A stretch of 64,000 nucleotides of DNA from Planctomycetota bacterium (GCA_050248855.1 JBFWRP010000012.1:32001-96000), one strand, 5' to 3'; shown: positions 38,693 through 49,066, counted from the first letter of the stretch. Made by a program: numbers and translations. Notes: generated by a model from the letters alone, not told the origin.

Positions 38693-41071
38693 ATGGGCTC
38701 AACGCGAACCGAGTCGCTCGACCGTCGTCACTTCGTCTCGGCCATCTGGCTCTTGGCGCTCGCCACAGGTGCCACGGGGTGGTTCCCGCCCCAGATCGAG
38801 GGCATCGTCTCCGTTCTCCTGGTCCCGTTCTTGACGGCTCAGATCCTTCGGCCAGGGCCGTCGCTCGACGCACTGCGCCCGGGCGTGGGGGCAGAACTTG
38901 TCCGGGTCGGGTTGCTTCTGGCCTTCACTTCCGCCTGGCTCATGCTCCCCGCGTGGCGGCTCGTCCTGATAGGGGCGCTACTCGCGGTGAGCCTCCGCTC
39001 AGGCGGGGGCCGGCTCGCGACGGTCCGGTGCGCGGCGATCGTGGTCGCCCTCTACGCTGTGTGGTGGTTCGGCTACACGACGAGCACTCAATTCTACTCG
39101 GCGGTCCAAACCACCGCGCGAGCGTACACGCGAGCGATCAGCCGGCCGTTCGGCGTGCCGCTCGACCTCGGCGCCACCGCGGCGGCCGTCCATGTATTCG
39201 TCCTCGGCCTCATCTCGATCGCCGCCGTCCAAGCGCTGCGGGAGAGGCGGGCGCTCGGACGAACCGCTGCGGTCGTCATCGCTTTCGTCCTCCTCCACGC
39301 AATCCACGTCCTGCTCGTAGCACCGGGGATTGCGACTTTTCTTCAGCCGAGCCTGGGCCAACTCACGCTCCCCCTGGCGCTCTCCTGGGTCCTGATGGCC
39401 CTCCTGACGGCGGCGGCTTGGCCGGCACTGCGGGCGGTCCATTTCGCCGTCCCGCTTCCCGCCCACTTCTCTATCGCGCGACTCGGGGCATGCATCGGCG
39501 TCATGATTCTCGCTGGCGTGCTGGCGTGGCCGAAGTCGAAGCAGGCGCCTCTCCTCGAGGGCAACGTGCTCATTTACGACAAGGGGTACCTCGCTTGGTC
39601 CAGCCCGGACTTCGAGTCGTTCGGCCTCCACTCCGGCGGTATGTTCGGTCTCCTCCCCATGTATCTGGAGGCTCGGGGCCTGCAAGTGCGGCGAGTTGCG
39701 GCGCTCGACGCGGAGTCCCTGCGATGGGCCGACGCGATAGTGTTCATCAATCTCCTCGATGCCCTGTCCGCCGACGAGCACGACGCGGTCTGGGCAGCCG
39801 TGGACAACGGAAGCGGGATGCTGCTCCTGGGCGACCACACGGGGGTCGCCGGGATCCGGGAACCGTTCAACGATCTACTTTCCCCCGTCGGGATCGAGTT
39901 CGGATTTGATAGCGTGAAACCCTTCCTCAGCACATGGCGGGCGGGACTGCGCTCGTTCCCTGGCATTGTCACCACTGGCGCGACAGACCGGTTCGAGGTG
40001 GGCGTGGGTGCATCCTTGTCGATGTCCCAGCCCGCGGACGTAGTGGTATCTGCGGTATCTGGCTTCGCGGATGCAGGAAACATGGAGAACGCAGACAACG
40101 CATACCTTGGCAACATGTCCTACGATGCGGGGGAACCCCTCGGCGACATCCCGGTCGTCGTGGCCTGCACACACGGCCGCGGGCGCCTCCTCGTGTTCGG
40201 AGACACCTCGCCGTTCCAGAACGGGTCGCTCGGCAAGGCCGACCGCTTCGTCACGGACTGCCTGCGCTGGCTCCTGAATCTCGGGGGTTCCCAAAGCCCG
40301 GCGGCCGCGTACCGAGTGGCCCTCGCGACCGTGGCGATTGGCCTTGCGCTCTGGTTCCTGCTGAGGAGCAGGATCCTCTCCCTCCTGCTGCTCGCCGCGC
40401 TCCCGGTGGCGTCGGCGACCGCCCAGCGCGCAGCCGCGGTGGATGATCCCCCGCTCGCCCTACCGCAGCCCTGGGTCCCGACAGCGGTCGATCTGGGCCA
40501 CGGATCTGAGGTGGACGAGATGTGGTGGCAGCCAAACTCCCAGGGCGGCCTCCTCGTGAATCTCCACCGCAACCGCCTGTGGCATTTCGAAACCCGTGAC
40601 ATTGAGTCGGCGCTCCCCCTCGCGAGATGCGCGATCTTGCCAGCGGCCACACTGCCCTACTCAAGCGCCGAGGTCCGAGCACTGGACTCGTTCCTCCGAG
40701 CGCGAGGGCTCGTGATCGCATCCACGGGCCACGACGGACATGAGGGCAGCGAGAGGCTTCTGCAGAAGTTCGGGGTGACGATCGGTCGGTCCCCTTTCGG
40801 TCCAGTCGAGGTCGCGGCCCTCGGGGAGACGGTGAGATTCTGGTGCGCGTACCCGATCGAGGGGTACCCCGAAGGTATGGAGGTTCTCGTGGAGGCGTAC
40901 GGACGGCCCGTCGTAGGACTCTTGCCCGTCGGGCCGGGAGCACTCCTTGTCATCTCGGACTCCCGGTTTCTGTCGAACGGCAATCTCGAAGGGCGCGATT
41001 TCTATGTGCGCGAGAATGTCCACTTCCTCCGAGCGCTCTTCGAGCACCTGAGGGCGAGTGGAAGGCTGTGA
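38693..41071 (+). CDS. Polytopic membrane protein with two GATase-like (DUF4350-like) soluble domains
   Basis: GGAGG RBS; many TMs; GSGMLLLGDHT, GRGRLLVFGDTSPFQN, LLVISDSRFLSN. Confidence 0.7.
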   Translation: MGSTRTESLDRRHFVSAIWLLALATGATGWFPPQIEGIVSVLLVPFLTAQILRPGPSLDALRPGVGAELVRVGLLLAFTSAWLMLPAWRLVLIGALLAVSLRSGGGRLATVRCAAIVVALYAVWWFGYTTSTQFYSAVQTTARAYTRAISRPFGVPLDLGATAAAVHVFVLGLISIAAVQALRERRALGRTAAVVIAFVLLHAIHVLLVAPGIATFLQPSLGQLTLPLALSWVLMALLTAAAWPALRAVHFAVPLPAHFSIARLGACIGVMILAGVLAWPKSKQAPLLEGNVLIYDKGYLAWSSPDFESFGLHSGGMFGLLPMYLEARGLQVRRVAALDAESLRWADAIVFINLLDALSADEHDAVWAAVDNGSGMLLLGDHTGVAGIREPFNDLLSPVGIEFGFDSVKPFLSTWRAGLRSFPGIVTTGATDRFEVGVGASLSMSQPADVVVSAVSGFADAGNMENADNAYLGNMSYDAGEPLGDIPVVVACTHGRGRLLVFGDTSPFQNGSLGKADRFVTDCLRWLLNLGGSQSPAAAYRVALATVAIGLALWFLLRSRILSLLLLAALPVASATAQRAAAVDDPPLALPQPWVPTAVDLGHGSEVDEMWWQPNSQGGLLVNLHRNRLWHFETRDIESALPLARCAILPAATLPYSSAEVRALDSFLRARGLVIASTGHDGHEGSERLLQKFGVTIGRSPFGPVEVAALGETVRFWCAYPIEGYPEGMEVLVEAYGRPVVGLLPVGPGALLVISDSRFLSNGNLEGRDFYVRENVHFLRALFEHLRASGRL

Positions 41072-43563
41072 GCACGATCTGGCTCGGTGTCGTGTGCCTG
41101 GCTGGATGGTGGATCTCCGTTTCCCGGGACTTCCCGTCCACGGAGAGATGGCCCTGGGAGTGGGCGCTCGCCGGCTTACTCCTCTGCCAACTGGCACGCG
41201 GCCACGTCGCTCGGACGCAAATCCACGTACGTACCACGATCGGGCTCGCCGGCCTTCTCGGGGTGGTCGCGGTCTTCATCCCTGTCGCAGAGTTCCGGGC
41301 GGTCGTACTCGTCTTGGCCGGCGCCTACGTCGCTTCCGCGGTGCTCTCCCGGCATCGTCGAATGGAGTGGGTCTCGGCGGGGGCCCTCACAGCCGCCGCA
41401 ATCCTAGTGTTCCAGGGCCTCGGCGTGGTCGTGTACTCCGTGCTTGCGCATCGCCTTCACGCGCTGGGCGCAGCGGGGGTGAGTGTCGTGGCGTTCGTGC
41501 TGCGCCTCCTCGGGGTGAGCGCGGCCGAGCGAGCCGGTCAGCTCCTCCTTGCGGAGCCCGACGGAGCCGTATCCCTCGAGCTGGGTTGGGAGCACGCCGG
41601 CTTGCTCATGCTCCTCCTCGTCGCGATGGCCGCAATTCCCGTGGCCTGCTTGCACGCGCGCCGTCCGCTCTCGCTTCTCGGGAGGATACTGCTGATCCTT
41701 GGGGCCTACTCGCTTGCGAGGCTCGTGGTTCTAACGGCGGTCTACTCCGTGATGCCGTTCGGCCGGATCTTCTGGAGCCCTACGGCACAGATCGTCTCGT
41801 TCCTCCCGCTCGGGATCATCCTCGGTCGCCTCTTTCGCCCTGATCTGCCGGCGCGGAGCTTGGCGCTTGCACGCGTGGACTTCCCTGGGTGGATGAGGAT
41901 CGGCGGCGCGGCAGCTGCCTCGCTCGCCGCGGTCGCGCTCATCGTGTTCGCCGTGACGTTCGCCGATCCTGGAGTCAAGAAGCAGGGTCGCGTCGTCGTG
42001 GACGAGGGTCACAGCGACTGGGAGTGGTCCGACGAGCCCCTGGGCATCGAGAAGTACGGGCTGCGCTCGACATACAGCTTCACGAGCATGTTTGACCACC
42101 TAGCCAAGATTTGGCGGGTGGACCGCACGAGGGAGCAACTCACGCCTGCGTCCCTCTCCAACGTTGACGTGCTCGTATTGAAGATGCCGACGAGTCCGTA
42201 CTCCGACACGGAAGTTGAGGCGGTTGTCGCATTCGTCGAGGCCGGGGGCGGTTTGTGGCTGATCGGCGATCACACAGACGTTTTCGGTTCGAGCACGTAT
42301 TTGAACGCGGTCAGCGAACGGTTCGGCATTCAGTTCTGTTTCGACTACGTCTTCGACCTGGGGACGGGCGGGTTGGATGTCTACCGGCGGCCCCCCGTAG
42401 CGCCACATCCCGTCGTGCGCCACGTTCCGCCGTTCATGTTCGCGACGGGATGCAGCCTGTCCACGAGCCTCGCCTGCGACTCCGTCATGACGGGAGTGAG
42501 ACTGGGGTCTCTGAGGGGGGACTACTCCCAGAAGAACTTCTTCCCCGTCCCGGGACCGCGCGAGAGCCTCCGATTCGGCTCGTTCTGCCAGATGGCGTCA
42601 CGGCTCCACGGCCGCGGGCGCGTGCTGGCGTTCAGCGACAGCACGTCGTTCAGTAGCTTCTTCTTCTTCATGCCGGGCAAGGTGGAGTTGGCCCTTGGGA
42701 GTGTAGACTGGCTGAATCGGACGAACGCATGGTCCTGGGCCAATCAGGTAGCCAGTTGGCTCGGCCTACTGGCGGCTGGCGTGGCGATTCTGGTCCTCCG
42801 CCGGCTTCCCGTGTCGTTCGCTCTCGCTGCGGTCGTGGGCGGTGCCATCACGGGAGGCACGGCGGCCTTGCATGTGTCGGATGCGCTGGGCGCCGCAGCA
42901 TACCCCACGGTCGAAGTCGAGGGTGAGCGTCGTTGGGTCGGGTTCGACTTGGCGCACTCTGGCATCTTCCTGCCGATCGAGCGCCTGCAGTCTCCCGTCG
43001 ATATCGACTACAGCACCTTCTTCGTGTGGACGCAGCGCCTCGGATACACCCCAGTGGCCTGCGACGGCTTGGACGCGTGCCTCGACAGGACGGGGATGAT
43101 CGTCTTGGCAGAACCGGGCCATGCCCCATCCGACGTGCAGCTCCGAGCCCTGCGTGACTACGTGGAACGTGGAGGAGGTCTGCTCGTCCTGTTCCGAGAG
43201 GGCGCAGGGAGCGCCGCGGGACGCAGGATCCTCGACGTGATGGGCGGCATCGAAATCGGGTCCGGCGCCGTCGAGGAGACGCGGCTTGCTCATCCGCACA
43301 GCGGCGTGTCGATCCAGGAGTGGGTTGAAGTTCTGGGCGGCACGCCACTCGTGCATACGCAGGGCGGCAGCATCGTCGCCGCGATGGAGTCCGTCGGCGA
43401 TGGCAGGGTCGTCGCTTGCGGTATCAGCGGCGTACTGCACGCTTCTCACATGGGAACGACTGGCTCCGTCCCCACGCCGGAGCAGTTGGCGACCTACACT
43501 CTCGCATACTTGTTGCTTCGCAAAGCCATGGGAGACGAACAACCTGCGTCGGACGCGAGGTAG
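41068..43563 (+). CDS. Exosortase-like membrane domain plus two GATase-like (DUF4350-like) domains
   Basis: GTGA overlap; VAFVLRLLGV...LELGWEHAGL...ARLVVL; VVVDEGHSDWE, GGGLWLIGDHT, GRGRVLAFSDS. Confidence 0.7.
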   Translation: MSTIWLGVVCLAGWWISVSRDFPSTERWPWEWALAGLLLCQLARGHVARTQIHVRTTIGLAGLLGVVAVFIPVAEFRAVVLVLAGAYVASAVLSRHRRMEWVSAGALTAAAILVFQGLGVVVYSVLAHRLHALGAAGVSVVAFVLRLLGVSAAERAGQLLLAEPDGAVSLELGWEHAGLLMLLLVAMAAIPVACLHARRPLSLLGRILLILGAYSLARLVVLTAVYSVMPFGRIFWSPTAQIVSFLPLGIILGRLFRPDLPARSLALARVDFPGWMRIGGAAAASLAAVALIVFAVTFADPGVKKQGRVVVDEGHSDWEWSDEPLGIEKYGLRSTYSFTSMFDHLAKIWRVDRTREQLTPASLSNVDVLVLKMPTSPYSDTEVEAVVAFVEAGGGLWLIGDHTDVFGSSTYLNAVSERFGIQFCFDYVFDLGTGGLDVYRRPPVAPHPVVRHVPPFMFATGCSLSTSLACDSVMTGVRLGSLRGDYSQKNFFPVPGPRESLRFGSFCQMASRLHGRGRVLAFSDSTSFSSFFFFMPGKVELALGSVDWLNRTNAWSWANQVASWLGLLAAGVAILVLRRLPVSFALAAVVGGAITGGTAALHVSDALGAAAYPTVEVEGERRWVGFDLAHSGIFLPIERLQSPVDIDYSTFFVWTQRLGYTPVACDGLDACLDRTGMIVLAEPGHAPSDVQLRALRDYVERGGGLLVLFREGAGSAAGRRILDVMGGIEIGSGAVEETRLAHPHSGVSIQEWVEVLGGTPLVHTQGGSIVAAMESVGDGRVVACGISGVLHASHMGTTGSVPTPEQLATYTLAYLLLRKAMGDEQPASDAR

Positions 43564-43652
43564 TCAACCGCGAGGGGCAGCGTGCGTAATTTGGGGTCGT
43601 ACGGACCCCTTCGGCCTCCAGGGACAAGGGCCAGCCTGCGCCACGCTTGTTC

Positions 43653-45374
43653 TCAGGCAGCATGGGCGGACTCCATCAGCACGGGGTCGAGCAGCGCGGC
43701 CAGCACCGCGTCGGCGAGCGCAGCGGCACGCTCGGCCTCGCCGGGGCGCGATGCCGTGAGGTCGGCGACGGCCCACGCCGCCGCGACCGCGTCGAGGTCG
43801 GCAGGCTTCACGCGGGCGGCCGGGTGGCGCGCCGCGATGACGTCGAGCGCGAGGCCGGCCGGTTCGAAGGCCTCGACCACGCGCTCGCGCAGCTTCGCGT
43901 AGAAGCCCCTCGCCCACTGGTCGAGCGCGGCGGGGTTCGCGCCGTTCTTCTTCATCGCGGCGGCGAGCTCGTGCGCCTCCTTCTTCGCGAGCAGCGTCGC
44001 CGTGTGGAGGAGCATCGGCCGGAGAGCCTCGGCCTCGGCCCGCACGCCCCGCCAGGCGGCCTCCGGATCCTCCTCCCCGTCGTCCCCGGGCTTGGGGCGT
44101 TGGGGCGGCGGGGGCGGCGGCGTCTCCTTCGGCTTCGCGCCAGCGTCCTCGAGTTTCGTCATCTGCGCCTGGACGCGGTACTCGTCGGCGGCCGGATCCT
44201 CGATCGGGTTCATGTCCTCGAGGTCGCGGATGTCGTTCTGCGAGAGCCAGCCGTCCCGGTAGCCCGCGGCGTAGTAGGCGATGCGTGTGGCCACGTCGCC
44301 GCGCAGCAGTCCCTGCAGCACGAAGCGCACGAACAGGCCGCCCGCGACCTCGTCCTCCGTCAGGAGCTTGGCCGCGATCTCCTCCTCCCAGGTCTGGACC
44401 TGGGGCGTGAGGAAGTCCACCACGTAGTCGGTGTTGAGCGCATCGAGCGAAGACCAGCCCTGAGCCCGCTTGAAGTACTGGATCTTCGCCAACTGCATCC
44501 GGAACCAGCGGGCTACCTCCTCGACGCCGAATTCGCGCTGCTCAAGGAACTGCGCCTCCTCGGGCGGGATCCCGAGGTCCTTGACGTCCACCTCGACGTC
44601 CACGATGGGCATGCGCCGCGAGCCGACGGGGTTCTTCTCGCGGTCGCCCTCGATGCGCTTGCGGAGGGCCTCGCGCGCGTCGGCGTTGAGCGTCTGCTTC
44701 GTGAAGGCCACGAGGCGCTTGGCCAGGCCCTCGCCGAAGAACGCCGCCGCGTGGCGCTGCGCGGCGAGCCCCAAACCCAGCGTCTCGGAGGCGAAGCGAA
44801 CGACCGAGTAGCCCTCGACCCCCGACCCCATGCCGCGAAGGTGGAACACGTCGCGCGGTGCGAACGGTGCCTCGCGCCCACCCTCGCCGCGCACGTGGTA
44901 GACGAGCGTGCGGCCGTCGCCCTTGAGCTCGGGCCGCACCCGTCCCGGGTGGACGGGCCAGAGTTCGACGGGCGCGCCCGTGCCGTCGCGGAGGATCTCG
45001 GCGTAGGCGTTGCCCCAGCCCATGCGTCGGTGCTGCATCACCTGCGCGAACACACCCCACGACATGATCGGGTTGGGCCGCTTGAGCAGGCGCGCGAGTG
45101 GATGGTCGTGGACCAGGTCGCTACCGCGCTTCTCCCCGCGCGAGCGCCGAAGCTGGCGCGGGAGCTTGGCCACGTCCTCGGCGCCGTTCCGCAGGCACGC
45201 GTAGTAGGCCGAGAGCCCGAGCGCGGACTCGGCCGTCACGTGCTCACCGCTCGCGGTCTTGCGCCCGAGCACGAACTCGGTGAGCCAGAGCGCGGGGTTG
45301 CGGAGGTCCGTCACACCGCCGTGCGACACGCTGGCCATGGCCCGCCCGCCCAGGAGATCGAGGAAGAGGCTCAT
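43653..45374 (-). CDS. HK97-type phage portal protein
   Basis: AYYACL...AEDVAKLP, PNPIMS, GNAYAEI, ELWPVHP, VFHLR, EAQFLEQR, LLRGD, NDIRDLEDMNPI. Confidence 0.93.
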   Translation of the reverse strand: MSLFLDLLGGRAMASVSHGGVTDLRNPALWLTEFVLGRKTASGEHVTAESALGLSAYYACLRNGAEDVAKLPRQLRRSRGEKRGSDLVHDHPLARLLKRPNPIMSWGVFAQVMQHRRMGWGNAYAEILRDGTGAPVELWPVHPGRVRPELKGDGRTLVYHVRGEGGREAPFAPRDVFHLRGMGSGVEGYSVVRFASETLGLGLAAQRHAAAFFGEGLAKRLVAFTKQTLNADAREALRKRIEGDREKNPVGSRRMPIVDVEVDVKDLGIPPEEAQFLEQREFGVEEVARWFRMQLAKIQYFKRAQGWSSLDALNTDYVVDFLTPQVQTWEEEIAAKLLTEDEVAGGLFVRFVLQGLLRGDVATRIAYYAAGYRDGWLSQNDIRDLEDMNPIEDPAADEYRVQAQMTKLEDAGAKPKETPPPPPPQRPKPGDDGEEDPEAAWRGVRAEAEALRPMLLHTATLLAKKEAHELAAAMKKNGANPAALDQWARGFYAKLRERVVEAFEPAGLALDVIAARHPAARVKPADLDAVAAAWAVADLTASRPGEAERAAALADAVLAALLDPVLMESAHAA

Positions 45375-45526
45375 CGGAGCCCCCGAAGGCGCCGGCCGAC
45401 GTAGAGGTCGAGCCACAGGCAGGCGCCGAGCACCAGCCACCCGGCCGGCCGGTAGACCTGGCCGGCGCCGTAGGCGAGGAGCCCCCACGAGGCGAGCAGC
45501 ATCACGAGGGCGAGGGCGCGGGTCAC
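45371..45526 (-). CDS. Small two-TM phage protein between TerL and portal
   Basis: VTRALALVMLLASWGLLAYGAGQVYRPAGWLVLG; overlapping start/stop codons on both sides. Confidence 0.6.
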   Translation of the reverse strand: MTRALALVMLLASWGLLAYGAGQVYRPAGWLVLGACLWLDLYVGRRLRGLR

Positions 45527-47199
45527 GCCAGCACCCCGTCGCCCGAGAGCAGGGCGTCCTCGATGCTGGGCCCTGAGGGCGGGATCGCGAGCGCCACGCC
45601 CAGCGCCATGATCAGCGCCGTCATGCCATCGATCTTCTCGCGGCTCTTCTTCTTGCTCGGCTTCCAGTTGTCTGCGGCGTCCTTCTCCCACATCAGGTTG
45701 CTCGCCATCCACGACAGCACCGGGTGCCCGCCGTGCTGCAGGGCGCTGGAGCGAACGAGCACGTCCAGGTGCTTGGACGGGGCGTTCATCGACACGAAGC
45801 CCTGCCCGAACAGCACGACCTCGATCCCGGCGTCCTGGAGGTGCGTCACGACCTGGGCGGCGCCGTAGCGGTCAAAGCCCAGGCAGTTGATCCGGTAGCG
45901 CTTGGAGAGCTCGATCACCGTCCGCTCGACGTGGTCGAAGTCGGTGGCACTCCCCTCGGTCAGGTTCAGGAACCCGTCACGCGCCCACGCCGTGTAGGGA
46001 ACGCGGTGCCGCTTCTCGCGAACCACGGCGCCCTCCTTGGGGCACCAGAAGAAGGGCAGCACGGCGTTGCCGTGGTCGGGGAACACGAGCACGAGGCCCG
46101 TCAGGTCCTCCGTGCTGGCCAGGTCCAGGCCTGCGTAACACTCGCGGCCTTCGAGCGCCGTCGCGAGCTCGTGGAAGCTCCGCCCGCCACGGCAGGCCTC
46201 CCACTGGCGCATGTCGAAGGCAGCGATGTCGGCGTTCGTCTTGATGTTGAGGTGGAGGCGCAGGAACGTGTTCAGGTACGCGGGCGACTCCTTGGCGCGG
46301 GAGCACTCGCGCTCCAGGTAGTCCTCCTTCACCGACACCCCGAGGTTGGGGTTGGCCTTCAGCCACGTGCGCGGGTCGTCCCAGGGGTCCTCGATCGATG
46401 CCTCGTAGATCACGGGCAGGAACGACGCGTCGGCGAGCGCCCCGTCGCGGACCTTCTTCGCGTACTCGTGCTTCTCGTTGCAGATCGAGATGCGCTCGTA
46501 GTCCGACGTCGTGATGTGGACGGTCAACGGCTGGCGGCGGGAGCCGGTGCCGGTCTGGAGCACGTCCACGAGGTCGCGCGTCGGGTGCGCGTGCAGCTCG
46601 TCGATCACGGCCCCGTGTACCGAGAGGCCGTGCTTGGTCTGGGCATCGGCCGTCAACGCCCGGAAGATCGATCCCGTCTCGCCCACTTCGATCGACTTGA
46701 ACGCGCGGTAGACGCGCGTGCGGGTGGCGAGCTCCGGGCGCTTTGCCACCATCTGCATGGCGTGCCGGAAGATCAGGGCGGCCTGGGACTGCTCGGCCGC
46801 GGCGCTGTAGACCTGACCGCCCGGCTCGCCATCGCAGAGCAGCAGGTACAGCGCAAGCCCTGCGGCGAGGCTCGTCTTCCCGTTCTTGCGGGCGACGAAC
46901 ACCAGCGCCTCGCGGTAGCGCCGAAGGCCCGTGCGCCCGTCCACCCAGCCGAACAGGTTCCCGACGATGGCCGCCTGCCAGGGCTCGAGGTCGAACGGCT
47001 CGCCGGCGCGCTCGCCCTCCACGAACACGAGCATGTCGTGGAAGAACGCGATCGCGCGGCGCGCCAGCCCCACATCGAAGCGGTGGCTCGGGATCGCCGT
47101 CGTCCACGGGTCATACCCGGGGATCCCCGTGCGGCAGACCGCCTCGAGGCCGGCGTCGCCCCAGCGGGCGATCGGCAGGTTGGGGTCGCCGGCACTCAT
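45523..47199 (-). CDS. terL: Phage terminase large subunit
   Basis: LEPWQ, ARKNGKT, IDELH, WLKANPNLG, AGLDLAS, KIDG. Confidence 0.95.
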   Translation of the reverse strand: MSAGDPNLPIARWGDAGLEAVCRTGIPGYDPWTTAIPSHRFDVGLARRAIAFFHDMLVFVEGERAGEPFDLEPWQAAIVGNLFGWVDGRTGLRRYREALVFVARKNGKTSLAAGLALYLLLCDGEPGGQVYSAAAEQSQAALIFRHAMQMVAKRPELATRTRVYRAFKSIEVGETGSIFRALTADAQTKHGLSVHGAVIDELHAHPTRDLVDVLQTGTGSRRQPLTVHITTSDYERISICNEKHEYAKKVRDGALADASFLPVIYEASIEDPWDDPRTWLKANPNLGVSVKEDYLERECSRAKESPAYLNTFLRLHLNIKTNADIAAFDMRQWEACRGGRSFHELATALEGRECYAGLDLASTEDLTGLVLVFPDHGNAVLPFFWCPKEGAVVREKRHRVPYTAWARDGFLNLTEGSATDFDHVERTVIELSKRYRINCLGFDRYGAAQVVTHLQDAGIEVVLFGQGFVSMNAPSKHLDVLVRSSALQHGGHPVLSWMASNLMWEKDAADNWKPSKKKSREKIDGMTALIMALGVALAIPPSGPSIEDALLSGDGVLA

Positions 47200-47687
47200 C
47201 CGCCGAGCCTCGCGGGCTGGAAGTAATGGTCGAAGGCGGGCGCGGCCGCGGCGGGCGGCTCCGCGGTCATGCGCGCGCGTGCCGAGGGCGTCATCCCGTA
47301 CTCCCGCTCGACGCGAAGGAGCAGCTCGTGGATCTGGATCATGTTGCGGACCTGCGGGTAGGACCGCACGCCCACGACCTCGCCGCGCGCGTTTTTGACC
47401 GGGTGGGCGTGGCCCGACTTGCGCACGAAGTCGAGCATGTCGTCCCACACCGCCGAGAACTCGCAGTACCGGGCGAAGGCGACCCCGTCGAAGTTGGCGA
47501 GCATCCCGGCCGCCTCAAGCTGCGGGACGACCTGGTCCCACACGAGGGCAGCCCGATCGGTCATCCCGCCGGGGCGAGGAGGCGCGCTCCGCGCGGGCCG
47601 AGGCTCGGCGGGACGCGTCTTCGCGCGCCAGCTCCCGCGGAGCGCGAGCTTCCTCGTCGGCATCGGGGAGGGCCCGGGCTTGCTCAC
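47196..47687 (-). CDS. terS: P27-family terminase small subunit
   Basis: GPSPMPTRKLALRG, FARYC, EYGMTPSARAR. Confidence 0.88.
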   Translation of the reverse strand: MSKPGPSPMPTRKLALRGSWRAKTRPAEPRPARSAPPRPGGMTDRAALVWDQVVPQLEAAGMLANFDGVAFARYCEFSAVWDDMLDFVRKSGHAHPVKNARGEVVGVRSYPQVRNMIQIHELLLRVEREYGMTPSARARMTAEPPAAAAPAFDHYFQPARLGG

Positions 47688-49066
47688 GGCTTCTTCTTCC
47701 CGCGCGCCTTGTGCCCGGGGGGCGTTGCGCCGACGCGCTCGGCCTTCCGGCCCGTTGCGGTTTCCCACCGCTCAACGATCACGTCGCAGTACGCGGGGTC
47801 GAGTTCCATGAGGAACCCGCGGCGGTCCAGCTGCTCACAGGCCATGAGCGTCGAGCCCGAACCACCGAAGAGGTCGAGCACGTTCTCACCAGCCTTCGAG
47901 GAGTACTGGATGGCACGCGCCGCCAACTCGACGGGCTTCTCCGTGAGGTGCACCATCTTCTGCGGCGTGACCTTCTTCACGACCCAGAGGTCCGGCACGT
48001 TGGCCGGGCCGTAGAACACGTGCGCGGCGCCTTCTTTCCAGCAGTAGAAGCACCACTCGTGCGCGCCCATGAAGTCCTTGCGCGTGAGCACGGGGTGCTG
48101 CTTGTCCCAGATGATGGTCTGCGAGAAGTAGAGCCCCGCCTCGCGCAGCGCCGGCGGGTAGTTGGACACGTTGGCGTAGCCGCCCCAGATGTAGGCCGCG
48201 CGGCCCGGCACCAGGACGCGCGAGGCGTTCCCGAACCAGGCGCGGAGCATCCCTTCGAAGGCCTCGTCGGTGACGAAGTCGTTCGCGAGCGGGCGGTCCT
48301 TCGCGCGCATCTTGCGCGTCGTGGGCTTGGACTTGCCCGGGTGACGCGCGAGGTCGAGCGCCTGGTGGTGGCGCTTCTCGGGCGCGGAGAACGACGAGAG
48401 CCCGGCGCGGATCGCGTTGTTCGAGCGCGGCTCGACTTTCACGTTGTAGGGCGGGTCGGTGTTGAGCAGGTGCACGGGCGCGCCGGCGAGCAGGCGGTCG
48501 AGGTCGGCCGGGCTCCCCGAGTCACCGCAGAGCAGCCGGTGATTCCCCAGGACGATGAGGTCACCAGGCTTCGTGACCGGGTCGTCAGGGGGCTCGGGGA
48601 CCGGGTCCTCCACGACGTCGCCGGCGACCTGCGGGAACAGCTTCTCCAGGTCGCCACGGAGGCCCGAGAGGAGCAGCGCCTCGCCGAGGTCGGGCAGCGC
48701 GCCGACGACCTCCTCGAGCAGCCCGAGCGCGTCGGCGGTCCACTCGCCGGAGATCCGCGGCGAGTTCAGCGCGAGGTTGAGCGCCTTCTCCTCGGCCTCC
48801 TCGACGTCGATGACCACGACGTCGGTGGCCTCGACGCCCCTGGCCTCCAGCACCTTCAGGCGCTGGTGGCCGCCGACCACGTTGCCCGTGCGCGCGTTCA
48901 CGATGATCGGCTGCACGAGGCCGAAGCGACCGATGGACTCGCCGAGGCCAGCGAGCGCAGCGTCGGAGATCGTCCGGGGGTTGTAGCCGGCCGGCACGAG
49001 GTCGGCGACGCGGCGAGTCTCCAGGCGCACGCGGCCGAGAGCGTTGGGGTCAGTCTTGGCGACCAT
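47684..49066 (-). CDS. ParB-like N-domain plus DNA methyltransferase
   Basis: YNPR..IGRFGLVQPII..GGHQR; TDPPY; HLTEKP; DLFGGSGST. Confidence 0.92.
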   Translation of the reverse strand: MVAKTDPNALGRVRLETRRVADLVPAGYNPRTISDAALAGLGESIGRFGLVQPIIVNARTGNVVGGHQRLKVLEARGVEATDVVVIDVEEAEEKALNLALNSPRISGEWTADALGLLEEVVGALPDLGEALLLSGLRGDLEKLFPQVAGDVVEDPVPEPPDDPVTKPGDLIVLGNHRLLCGDSGSPADLDRLLAGAPVHLLNTDPPYNVKVEPRSNNAIRAGLSSFSAPEKRHHQALDLARHPGKSKPTTRKMRAKDRPLANDFVTDEAFEGMLRAWFGNASRVLVPGRAAYIWGGYANVSNYPPALREAGLYFSQTIIWDKQHPVLTRKDFMGAHEWCFYCWKEGAAHVFYGPANVPDLWVVKKVTPQKMVHLTEKPVELAARAIQYSSKAGENVLDLFGGSGSTLMACEQLDRRGFLMELDPAYCDVIVERWETATGRKAERVGATPPGHKARGKKKP

